A stretch of 63,470 nucleotides of DNA, filler included, from Intoshia linei (GCA_001642005.1; 8 parts of 8 records of this genome joined end to end with filler, not necessarily neighbours in it); one strand, 5' to 3'; shown: positions 40,201 to 52,855, counted from the whole stretch's first letter. Numbers and translations are program-made. Notes: generated by a model from the letters alone, not told the origin.

Positions 40201-43200
40201 TAAGACGCGTAGTTATATAAATAAAGTTGAACACACACACATACAAAAAAAATAGCGTAGCCTATTATATAAGTAAGGATGTATTATAAATAAAAATATT
40301 ATATGATTATAGATTATACAAATATATTACAATATGAATCAATATAATCACCTCCTAAAACAAATCTTTAGCCATTGTAAATTAAATTACAGGTATAAGG
40401 TCTGAATCAGAGATAATCAGACTAATTTTTTATCTTGAGTATAATAAGCTCGAAATAAATATACTGTAACTGGGTTTTTGGACCGTGAAAATGACGTTTT
40501 TTGAGGTTACTATTTATTATAATGCTTATGAATTTAAAACTTTTAAAATTTTTACAAAAAAGGGTAATTTGGGTTTTGGCCGTGAAGATAAGAAGTGAAA
40601 ATTGAAATTTTAATTATAATCATATCATTTGATTTTATTGATGAATTTGACAATTATTATTAGAATGTGTAATTTTTATAATTCTAGGACGGGTTTGAAT
40701 TGAAAAACAAAGGACAATTGGGGTTTTTAACCTTGAAGAAATCAATTTCGGAAATTGAAATTTGCGATATAACATCACTCTGGAAAACTGTAAGGAAAAG
40801 TAATGAAAAGGAAAGGTAATAATATATGAATGTTCCAAGTGAAATAAGTTTAGGTACCACTCTAATGAATAAAAACCAATAGCTCTAATGAATAGTAGCA
40901 TTTTTAAGTTAGATTTTATGATTGAATTTATTTTTTAGTAGAATCGAAATGTGCCCTCGCAGAACTATATGCTAGATGTTTGTACGTAGTACATAACAGT
41001 TGACTAGTAATATTAATAAAATTTTTCATAGATTTAAGTTCAATGAAGCGTTCTCTGCTCGCCAAAATCGATAATTAGAAAAATTTGAATGAGAGTAAAA
41101 TCAATTTTCTAGGTATCTATTAAAATCTTTAGTATATATTGCTATATATTTAAGACTGTGTGACCAACAAATAGATAGATCCGTAGTTCGTTAATTCTCT
41201 AATTCGACATATATTTGTACCATTTCTATACATATCATGACATTTATCCTATTCGGAAATCTTTTTCAAAAAAACATAAATATAAAAAAAAAGCATGAAA
41301 ACGGTTTTTGAGTCATTTTGTAAAATTATTACCAATTAATGGAAACTACAGAATGAAATAGATTTTATGAAAATCAAAAGTTTGTAAGAGAATAACAGAA
41401 TTGTAGAATAGTGGAAGCTCAACTTATTTGAAATTGTAATTTCATCAACAAAAAAGATATTTGACAGATATTATCTAAGATCTGTTTATTTAAACGATAG
41501 TGAAACAGAAAATTTTATAAGATTAAATATTTAAATTCTTAATCTAAGTCTTAGATTCTAAGACATCTAATTGAAAGCATACATATTGAATGGTTTCACT
41601 TATCGCTAGAAATAGTTTTCTATTGTTTATCCGACAGTTTTTCGAAAAAATTAGTTTTATTAACTAATTTAATTTATATCATGTATAATTAATTACTGTT
41701 TGATAAAATTTTTGGTTATGAGTGTATTTCTATGACACAAAATAAAAATATAGTTCTAAATTAAAGTGGCCAGTAAAATACGTACTATCACTTTTAGTTT
41801 ATTTAAAATAAATTTTAAGCCGAAAATTTTTGTTAGTCATCATAGATAAGTAGTTTTGGCTTTACATTTAACACTAACTAAACTAAAATTGATAGTACGT
41901 ATTTTTTTTGGCCACTTTATCTAAACTAATGTTAGACTTTCTCTATAAAAATAATGTATATAAGAACAGCTAAAAACTGTTCTTATAGTTTATTGTATGA
42001 TTACTTTCTATATAAAATTTAGAGTATTTTCATTATTATCAAAATCAATGGTTCCTAATGTGATAAATGGAGTCCCTTATTAACTCAAACATATGATATT
42101 TTCTAAAATAAAAATACAGTAAGTCGTCTCAATAACGAGATTTTCTTATTTTAAACACACGTTTTACATTTTACATATATTTACGGCTGTATTGAGAATA
42201 TAACGTTGTATCAAATAGATCATGGATACGGTAACTATTTTTTAATAAGAAATAATAATGGCGGTATTGAGAGGTCTGACTTTACTTTCGTTTTTATCTT
42301 GAGTTATTTACAGAACATTTTTCGGAACCAGCTTTATATAGTGTATTTAATTATAGTCAAACATAAATATTAAAGATGTATATTTACGAACTAGAATAAT
42401 TTTTAGTGATTATTTATAATTGAATTTGATAATAGTTCAATTGATTTGGACACTCATATAGTATTATAAAGTTATTAATAGTTTGTATATGAACAGTATC
42501 TAAAAAAGCTTTACAAAATTATATTAATGTTTAGCCAATAACTAGCTCCTAGTTACAGTAGTACAGTAGTGTATTTAAGATCTTCAGATTAATTTGTAAG
42601 CCTGTTATATAATATGATGCATATACAAAATCAAAATACTCTATGATAATGAAGATTGCCTTTATTGAAGAAATTTATCTTTTTATTAATATTATTATTA
42701 GAATATTATAGTCCTAATTAACTATAAAAATTGAATTTAAATTTTAAATTATTGTTACTTGGTTATTTCACTAATTGTAATCACTCTGAGTTGTTAAAAA
42801 ACTAATAACTTATGATATTATATCGTTATTTCATAAGCATTGTCTATTAGTTGAAGTGTTAATGAACAGGTCATAAAAGTTAGCGTTTTTGTTCATTATT
42901 AAGGTTTCATTTTTTGGATATATATAAACATTTACTTTCACCTATAATATGGATAAAAGTATATTTATTTTTTATCAAATTATAATGTGGAATATACTAT
43001 TATAAAACAAGTACACTTTTAATTTTAATTGAAATTATTAAGCCAGTGCTACTCAACATTTTTTAAATTTGCTACAGAATAAACACGAATCTATCAAAAA
43101 GTGTGGTTCTATAACAAAAACTATTCAAATGGAATGTTGACACTTTAATATTTGAAGAAACCAATTAAATTTACTAGCCAAAATAACATGTCATCAATTT

Positions 43201-43561
43201 AAATTATTTCATGGCTATCAAAAAAATTAAAAATAATAGATAAATGGGAGTATTTATAGTCGAACGCTCAAGATTGAAATCTCATTTTGTACTTTCATTT
43301 TATATATTCTGTAATTTTTAAAATCTTATTTTTTACTTTTAAAATCTAACAAGATATTTTGGTGTCAAACGTTAAAAAAATATTAATCTAGTTATAATTC
43401 CATATAATTTCAACTAATTACTTAAATCCAAAAGATCATTTGCATCTAAACAAAATTTATATTTAAATATAGATTATATTGATTATGAAAATTATTTATT
43501 ATACAATTAATTTCTTCATACCTGCTATTAAATTAATTACACATTATCATATGCATAACTA

Positions 43562-43610
43562 TTAGGTCGTTTCATAAGTAATGTCGTTTTTATTGTAACT
43601 TTATTATAAA
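43562..43610 (+). mobile_element. Mariner TIR (left end) truncated by gap
   Basis: TA|ttaggtcgtttcataagtaatgtcgttttt, the same TIR as at 60003-60031. Confidence 0.7.
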
Positions 43611-43749
43611 NNNNNNNNNNNNNNNNNNNNNNNNNNNNNNNNNNNNNNNNNNNNTTAATTAATTAANNNNNNNNNNNNNNNNNNNNNNNNNNNNNNNNNN
43701 NNNNNNNNNNGTAATTTGTTGAAAATTTATATTGGTACCGCCTTATTAT

Positions 43750-43902
43750 GGTTTGTATACAAACTAATGTAAATTTATGAGTAGTTTTTGGCACGTATAC
43801 AAACCAATGTAAATTTATGAGTATGTTTTGGCATCTATACAAACCAATTTGAATTTATGAATGTAGTTTTTGGCATCTATACATGCAATTGTCTCGTAAG
43901 GG
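43750..43902. mobile_element. piggyBac-like right end with about 40-bp subterminal tandem repeats
   Basis: tatacaaac.aatgtaaatttatgagta..ttttggca x3-4, ending aaggg|ttaa. Confidence 0.5.
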
Positions 43903-43909
43903 TTAATAA

Positions 43910-44332
43910 TGTACCAAAGATTTTCAATTGGGTTCCTATCCGGTGATTACGAGGGCCATGACAATACTTCAATGCCATGGTGCTGAAAAAATTATGCATG
44001 AATGCCTAAACTATTTCTATAATTTATAACTGAATTATGAGAAACATTGATATTGAATTTTTCTTCCACTTTTTTCAACATCTTTCGAGAAGAAATTCTA
44101 CTATTATTTAAAGTTTCAGTTTCAATATAGTTTAATAATGTCGAATTAGCTTTTATAGGTCTTCCAGATCTTTTTAAAGTTTCAGTAGCACCAGTTCCTT
44201 TAAATTTTTTGATTATATTGCTAACAGTTTTTTGGGATACACCTATTTTTTTAGCAATTCCCTGTCTGAATAACCCTCTTTGTGGTAACTAATTATCATA
44301 CCTCGTTTGAAATCACTTGTACTTTTGACCAT
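43910..44332 (-). mobile_element. Tc1-family transposase pseudogene (internally deleted)
   Basis: MVKSTSDFKRGMII..EGYS..IAKKIGVSQKTVSNIIKKFKGTG..LKRSGRP (HTH) and VLSWPS*SPDRNPIENLW. Confidence 0.85.
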
Positions 44333-46352
44333 GCCGGATGAACGGAATTATATTTGAATCAAAATTTAAAATGAAAGTAAGTTTTAATGTCCAAATTTGA
44401 ACTTTTTAAAAATGAGTAAATATTTGTTTATCAAAAAATATTTTTGGGAATTTAATTAATTAAATGGTGATCAATTAAGAATGAAAAAGGGAAAACAATA
44501 GTTATAATAATACGGACGTAGTATTTTCTTCTCGAATGATATACATTATTATGAATTATCTTCATTTAGTCAAAATTTACATGCATATTAATAAATGATT
44601 AAATAATTCTATAAATAGTACTACAAAATAATAAAAATTTATATATGTTTGTCGGTTTGTTACCATTTATTTAAGAAATTACGAGGCGTAGAGATTTCAA
44701 AATACAAAGTTCTAATACAATTTTTCAAGAGTATGATTGTGTCGCATAGTTCTGCACTAACAATCTGATAAATTAAAAAAAAATAGGATCACAAAATTGA
44801 TTTTAAAATTATTTACGCTAATGTTAACAATAAAATTAATATAATTTACTTTAAATTGAATCTAATATAAAAGGATGGTACTATGTTTAAACATATTTGG
44901 TAACCACTCCTTTAAAGAGTTAGTAATAGTGAATAGCAGCAATTTTATGTAAGATTTCATTATTGGATTTCTTTTTTTGGTAGAATTAACAAAGTACGCC
45001 CTCGAAAGAGCTAGGTACTGTTTGTAAGAAGTACATAACAGTCAAGCTAGTAACTATATAATGTATAACCGTAGAAAAAACTGTTAATTTTATTCCTTCT
45101 CTTTTGACACGTTCTTTAAGAAAGATGTCAACAATTGTTTTTATCATATATCCTAAAATACATAAAATACTTAAACAGTATACTTATTATATGTATTATT
45201 ATTTTTACCACCAAGTTTTCTTGTAATACGGTTATTAGTGTAAAGATACACATAATATGTATGGTACATGTTGTATAAACTTTGATAATAAGTCAAGTTT
45301 TTTTGGTAAATATTTAACATCCACGGTTCTAATTTGTTATATTTATTCTAAAAAATTGTATAATTATATGATATGGTTAAGAAATTGATCAATTTATATT
45401 TCTCAAGAAATTAAATTTAAATTGAATGTTAATAAATAATTTTTGTTTATTGTCTATAAATAATTGTTCAAATTAATTAATTTTAAAATTGGTAGAATGT
45501 TAGAAAATATGAGTAGTAATTCCATACAAGAGTTTATTAATAAATCCGGTAGTATCATAAAGAATTGTTAATAATAATATAATAAATTGTAATGATAAAA
45601 TGACTGAATAAATCATAAATAGATGACAGAATTACTGCAATTTGAATGTGAAATAGATAAAGAATCACTAACTATCGATTTTACTATGTTATGTCAAAAA
45701 TACAGAATCTAAATTTTTTTTTATTAATAACAAATAATATCTAAAAAGAGTTAATAAATTATAGATTTGTCAAAATCTTAATATTAATCGAATTTTCTAA
45801 TAGTTAGTTTATTAATTAATCAATATTTTAGAGTATATTTAAATTAACATTTTTTATATTGTTAATTATAATTATAAACAATATATTAAATTATAAAATT
45901 GCACAATGTAAATATAAATTATTTTAATACTCCATCAATGTCTAAAACAGTGTTTTTTTTAACCCTTTTTACTTCAAGTTGTACTTGTAAAATAAATAAA
46001 AATTTTGGAGCACCTTAAATTTTTGTAAAAATAAAAAATCGAAGTTCGAAAATGTGAAAAAATTAAATTGTAAATCCCAAAAAATTCAAATTTATAAATA
46101 AATTAAACAAAATTAGAATTCTATGTAAATTTATCAAAGAATTGTTAATGTAAAAATTTATAAAATAACGTCAAAATTTATAAAATTTTCTTTGCCTTTT
46201 AATGCACCCATTAAGAATCACTGGTCTAAAATAATATATAAAATTATTGGTTCTATGGGTCGTTCTTTAATAAATTGAGTAACAATAACAACGTTTTTAT
46301 TAATTTTAGAGGGGCGATTTTAAAAAAAGGTTGAGAATCCCCTGCTCTAAAC

Positions 46353-47844
46353 CAGGGGTTCCAAAACTCATTTTGCCTACCGCCACCTTTTTAGTAATAT
46401 ATTTTCTCAACGCCCCCCCCCTAAAAAATTTTTCGACTACGTCATATATATATTTATTACTGTCACTTTTTATATCAGTGGATCTAAACTTTCTATAAAA
46501 ATATCCCCTTACAACCAAAAAATTCATCAACGCTTCACTCTATCCATCTAAAATCGTTTTTTGGGAATACAGTGTTTTTATATTGGTTTTTGCACTTTAC
46601 AAATTGTTTGAACAAAACTGTATTGTCTATAAATAAATAAAGTAAAAAAAATATAAAACCACTTGTACATAGAATATATAATTTATTTTATAATGTTTCA
46701 ATATAACATGTGTTGTAAATGTGTGTAATTAATAATTAAAATGTTATAATACAGTGTTGTGCACTGATATGAATGCACAATAGCTCGTATATCAGTGCAC
46801 AACACTTTAAAACAATCAATGAACATTGACATGGAACTATATTGAATTAAATTTGGTACCGCATCAATTTTACTATAATTTAATACAGTGATGGCAAAGT
46901 ACGTGTTTGCGTGTAAAAAATACACACTTGACATTTTTTTTTACACACTTGAAAAAATATCTAAGTTGTCTTCAAATAAAAAATATTACTAAAATAATTA
47001 ACGATATTTTAATACATCTAAAATTATCTATAAAATTCAAAGATTTATGGCCAATTTTTCAAATTGCGTGGGTCATCCTCTGGTTGGATTTCATTGCATT
47101 ATATACCAAGAAGTACTCTGCTCTAAAACAGCTCTGAGTCACTTAAATATGGTTGTTATCACTGTAATGAAAATCATTAATTACATCCCAGCACGCATTT
47201 TACACAAAAGAGAATTCACTTTGATGTTAAAAGAAATAGAATCAAGTTGTAATGGACTGCTTATGTACAGCAATATCAAAGAATCAGTAGAGGTAAAGTT
47301 CTTGAGCGCTTTGTGGAATGCTTATCAGAAAATTAAAAAATTTTAAAGATATAAAAATAACTCTCAATTAGATAATAACGATCGAATTGTTAGTCTTATG
47401 TTTTTTACTGACCTTTCCTTGCATTTAAATGACCTTAAACGTTAAATTTCAAGGGTGCGGGAAGACTTGTAATTTTTAGTATTATTAAGGCATTTGACTG
47501 TAAACTATCAATATTCTATAGTGATATAGAAAATAAAGATTACAAATATTTTTCTAAATTGAAAAAATACATGATAGAATCAATTTTTTAAATCTAAATA
47601 AATTTAAGAATTATTTTTTTAACTCATTTTCCATCAAGTTATTCGACTTAATTGACGGTTCTGATTGGCGTAATATTTTTTTAATAAAAACACACTAGAA
47701 AAAAATTTCTGAAAATAGTATTAAATTCAACACACCTAGTTTTAGTTGGCTGCCATCACTACTTTAATATTTATTAAAAAAAATTTCTATTTGTTTTTAT
47801 AATCGCCCACTAACTGAATTAATCGCCCACTTTGGGAACCCCTG
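46353..47844 (+). mobile_element. Buster/Charlie-group hAT element, deleted derivative
   Basis: TIRs caggggttccaaa / tttgggaacccctg; 8-bp TSD ctctaaac/ctctagag; FHCIIYQEVLC...VMKIINYI.AR.LHKREF transposase remnant. Confidence 0.85.
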
Positions 47845-50747
47845 CTCTAGAGTATCAAATGTGCTCACAGATTTAATAGTCACATACAAATTATTAATTA
47901 TGTCACGTCATCAAGAGGGCTTTGAAATGCTGATATAATGCATTAAAAATATACCTTATGTACCATTGATTCGAAAAAATCCCACATAGTATTAACGTTC
48001 AACCTTCTTTCTGTTTTTTTCCGAATAAAATCCATTAATGGCTAATTTAATTAAATGTATGTAATGTATTTGTCTCCCTTTAATAAATAAATGAATAAAC
48101 GAGTTATTTTAATGGGAATAATTGTGGTAAACATTGTTTTTTAACCATAAATAAAAATACAATTTTCTTTCATAAACTTTCAAATTACTTTCATCATTGC
48201 ATTATTTTAAAAATACATTAATCCGATTAATACAATCAATTTTTAACCAAAAAAAGGAAATCTTTGTCTAATCTCAACCACAACCTTAGTTTACCTTAAA
48301 CTCATATTTTTCTCATAAACTTGAGTTAAATATTTTAATACAGAGTGATCTAAAGCGTGGTCCGCATGAATAACAGTTAATATTACTTTGTATTTGTAAT
48401 TAAGCTTATTTGCATAGTTTATTAAATCATTTGTAAATACCAATGAGGGACATGCAAATTTTGAGAATAGAAGCTAATTAAAGTAATTTATGAAAATTTA
48501 AATTATTCATACATAGTCATGTTTTTTTGGAAAAGAGTGAATTGGTAGAGGAATTGTTATTGGAGATGCTTTTTCAGATAATAATGCTAGTGACATGATA
48601 TAAGAACAAGTAAAACCTATATGTAGGCTATTTGTTCGAAGGTAAATCTAGATTTATTAATTAACAAATTATATAAATGAATAATAAGAGTAACGTCTGC
48701 TTTAGGTAGAATCGAATCTAGTACTCTTTATTATTATATATCTATATTACTTCTATATTCAAAATTCAATTGCATCATTCTCATTTATTTTGAGAATGAA
48801 TACGATCATGCCCTGACTGTAAGGAAAAATGTTACTAGGAAAAAAGCAAATATTCTAATTTTATTTTATTTTTGAGCACCTAGAATTTCCTGTAAACCAC
48901 TTTGGAAATTACTTTTAAGGGGAAGTTATTTACACTTGTATAAAACCACATACAATTTAAAATTAATATAAATTTGTAATTTAAATTACACTATTTTTAC
49001 TTGCATCAAAAAAAGATGTTGAGTTATGAATATATCGATTTCTAATTAACAATCCAGTATGGTGGCAGCCTAATTTTCCAATCTAAAGTAGCTAAATAAT
49101 TTTAGAAATATTTTAAAAGAACTAATGTTTAACCCGTAGTCTCTGTCCAGTAGTCGGTTCAACGGTTAAAATCTTTAAGGAGGTGTTTATATTACACATT
49201 TAATAATAATTAATATATTGATAAATTAACCCTTATATACTATGTGCCACTTTTGTATTGACATAGTAAAATAATTTTACAAGAAAATTGATACATACAA
49301 TCAGGGATTGGAATTAATTGAGTGCAACCCATTTAATTGCAATTAATTAGTAAAAATCATTCAAAAAAAATCAATTAATTGTTTGTTCAAAAATTATTTT
49401 TCAATTAATTGACGATTAATAACAAAACAATAATTTTTAAAAAACTGGTCACGTGGTAATAATTATAATAATTATAAATTCATTTAAGACAACCTCAGTT
49501 AATATTTTTCGATTAATTGGAGAGTGTATTTTATCCTTGTTTATATATTTTTTTCTCGAATCTGCAATAGTTTCTCCGTGTCTAGTAAACTAAAATGTTT
49601 CATATATTTATATAAATTTATACTATAATTGATTCAACGAGTGTTAAGTCTTTTTTACATTCTAGCAGAGGAAACACAAATAAAATCACAAAGTATAATG
49701 TATCGATGTGTAACATTAAGAAAAATGATCGAAAAAGGTAAATATTGATTTAATTTATTTAGTATTTTATTTAAATTCCATATCGTAGTAATAATTGAGC
49801 GTACACATGCGAACTTACGGAACTCAAAGCCACCAGAATGTAAAAATAGGCTCTAACAATTTTTTTCGAATATATTATATACGTACTGTGATATATCTTT
49901 TATCACCACCATAAATTGTATATTCAAGAATATAACTTTTATTATTATTTTTTTATTTATTTCAATGTTGGTATAATTGATCCGAAATATGTTTTTAAAG
50001 TTCTGAATCCGTTTATTAATGCTACAAAATATTTAGTACTACTCTACTTTGTACTGATGGTGGATCAGCTGAATATAGGTAAAAACGGCTCAATACAAAA
50101 ACAGCACAACTTAAATAATTAGAATTACATAGCAATGAAAATACAATTGTATTGATATGATTACAAGTAGAACTTGAGATTAAATTTACGGAATGAGTAT
50201 TAATAATACATTATAAGATCTGCAAATAATGTTATCATTTATTAGTATATTACAGACAAAATTTTGTTATAACTTATAAGTAGGGCAAACTTTTTATAAC
50301 CTATAAAATTAAAAAAATGTAACCTATAAAAAAAAATTTGTAACTTTATTAACCTATAAAAAATTTATAAACTGTTTTCAGTAAAATTCATGTTTCATCA
50401 ATTAACAAAAGTGACTATTACGTGGAAAGTCATACAAATAAGACAAAGTATTATTTCATACTTTATTATGGTACAATATTAAATATTTCTTTATATTGTC
50501 ATGTGCAAAATTTCTTTGTTTAGTTAAGAGTTTATTCAATATACTAAAATTTCTCTATACCATTAGATGTTGATGGTCCATTTCTTAATTTACTGTACAG
50601 TGAAGGAGGCTTAGATTTATCCAAAGCCATCATTATATTTGTAATGTNNNNNNNNNNNNNNNNNNNNNNNNNNNNNNNNNNNNNNNNNNNNTTAATTAAT
50701 TAANNNNNNNNNNNNNNNNNNNNNNNNNNNNNNNNNNNNNNNNNNNN

Positions 50748-51168
50748 GGAAGTCTGATTTAATTTTTTGTGATTATTAATTATTTCGTGGTTCAACCTGA
50801 GATTTTTGCTATGAAGGTGAATACCTCCTTGGAAGTCTTATTTAACTTTTAGTGATGATTAACCATTTCGCGGTTTGACCTGAGCTTTTTGATATGAAGG
50901 TGAATACCTCCTTGGAAGTCTGATTTAATTTTTTGTGATGATTAACCATTTCGCGGTTCGACCTGAGCTTTTTGCTATGAAGGTGAATACCTCCTTGGAA
51001 GTCTGATTTAATTTTTTGTGATTATTAATTATTTCGCGGTTCAACCTGAGCTTTTTGCTATGAAGGTGAATACCTCCTTGGAAGTCTGATTTAACTTTTT
51101 GTGATGATTAACCATTTCGCGGTTCAACCTGAGTTTTTAGCTATGAATGTGAATACTTGAAAGTCTGA
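50748..51168 (+). ncRNA. SNORD14: Tandem array of U14 (SNORD14) box C/D snoRNA genes, 83-bp period, in the intron before the last HSC70 exon
   Basis: Each unit has box C gtgatga, catttcgcggtt (U14 domain A-like), an internal ctga, acctccttggaagt (domain B-like) and box D ctga. Copies at 50769-50840, 50852-50923, 50935-51006, 51018-51089, 51101-51168, plus a 3' remnant at 50748-50757. HSC70 is the known U14 host gene in vertebrates. Confidence 0.85.
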
Positions 51169-51286
51169 TTTAATTGTGTTATTGATTAACTGTCCAATGA
51201 AATTCAGTGTTTTACTAACTTTTTATTAATGACAATTTATTTATGATTATATTCAAAAAATAATTATTATTTATAATAAATTTTAG

Positions 51287-51535
51287 AATGAAACTAAAGA
51301 AGTTTACGACAGTCACAAAAAAGCATTAGAAGATATTTATAATCCAATTGTTAGCAAATTATATGGTGGAGCTGGTGGTGGAATGCCCGGCGGTATGCCA
51401 GGAGGAATGCCCGGTGGTATGCCTGGAGGTTTTAATATGCCCGGTGGAATGGGAGGCGCTGCTGCCAATGGTGCTGGTATGTCTGATGCAGCTGGAGCTG
51501 GAGCTTCTGGACCAACGATTGAAGAAGTCGATTAA
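51287..51535 (+). CDS. HSPA8: Terminal exon of cytosolic HSP70/HSC70
   Basis: ttttag|[48 protein letters not shown]...SGPTIEEVD*; branch point tactaac at 51213-51219. Confidence 0.93.
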   Translation, partial: NETKEVYDSHKKALEDIYNPIVSKLYGGAGGGMPGGMPGGMPGGMPGGFNMPGGMGGAAANGAGMSDAAGAGASGPTIEEVD

Positions 51536-51597
51536 ATGTGTACAAGATTAAATTATTACATTTATATTTATTAAAATATTGTTTCGTCATTTCATTT

Positions 51598-52855
51598 CTA
51601 AAAATATGGTGCATTTTGATGGTTTATATACTGATGATATTGGGAGAAATAATGGTTGTACAATGGTGGTTCAATGAAATTATTCATGGGAAGATGCATC
51701 ATTAATGGAACATTGCATTTTTGCGGTGTCACACTTCTTGGTATGTTTGCTAATCTCACTATTATTTTGTAACCTAAAGATGCAAATCGGTTGTTTTCAC
51801 TTGTCATTGCATTGGCCGCAGTCACTTTGTCTTTAAAACAGACAAAACCGTATCCCTGCGGGTGACCGTTTTTGAATATGACTTTTGCTTCAGCTATTTC
51901 GCCGTACTTTTCAAAAATCTAAATTTTATTTTATTTATTGTGTGTATTGTTTTTAACATGTTACCTTCTTTAGTTGATACAATGTCATTGCACCAATATT
52001 TTGAACGATTAAATTGTTTCTTTCTTTTCTTTTTGCTTTCATTTGTAAGTATCTGGTTTCAATTTGTTGCTTTCTTTCACTTTTTTTGATAGCTTCTCTA
52101 ACATACAGTTTTTTGCATTTATTGTTAATAATCATTACGTGTTCACTTCGAAGTGCTTTGAGGCCATCTTCCATATGTGTGAATGTTACAAAACCAAATT
52201 TTTTAGAAATTCCATTTCTATCTTTCATTACTATTGTATTATCAATAGCACCGAATTGACTAAAATAATTATTCAGATCGACTTCTGTCCAGTTTCCCAG
52301 ATATTTTACATATAAATTGTATTTGCGTGTTTTTTTTTTTGGAACGTATTTTTCAATTTTAACATGTCTAAAGACGTGCGTTTCACGAATAATCTTTACA
52401 GATGCTATTGATTTTGAAGCTGCAGACACGTCATAAAATTGGATGAATGCGTAGGCGCCCTTGTCTGTTCTTTGAAGTTTTGTCGAATATATTTTTCCAA
52501 ACTGTTGGAATGTTGCATACAGTATTCTTGTATCTGCACTAGCATCTATGTAACGGAGAAATAAGTTTCCTTCTCCAGATTCTCGGCGTTTTTTGTCAAT
52601 ATCCATTAAAGAGATTTGTAAATTACGTGATAAAAATGGGGTGTTACTAAATTTAAATATAGCTTCTAATGCATCAGATTCATTGTCAAAATATGCTCGT
52701 GCAAATGCGTATTTTCCTGTATTGTGGTAATTGTTTCCTACTATTGTTAATTTTTTAATGTTTACTTTTTTAGCAAAGTGCTTTTGCATTTCCATTTCAT
52801 TTGCATTTTTGTCTATATTAGTCACGTGTAAAACAGTTTCTTTTCCGGTGAACAT
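51598..52855 (-). CDS. Divergent cytoplasmic poly(A)-binding protein-like, 4 RRMs, no MLLE domain
   Basis: RRESGEGNLF, LYATFQQFGKIYS, YNLYVKYL, VMKDRNGISKKFGFVTF, LYVREAIKKSERKQ; one intron (about 51919-51964), then IFEKYGEIAEAKVI..GYGFVCF (RRM4) and a short Pro/Tyr/His tail. Confidence 0.8.

Noticed and set aside
50748-51168. CRISPR-like or plain satellite interpretation of the 83-bp repeat
   Set aside because: There are no unique spacers, the context is eukaryotic, and the units carry C/D boxes and U14 guide elements.
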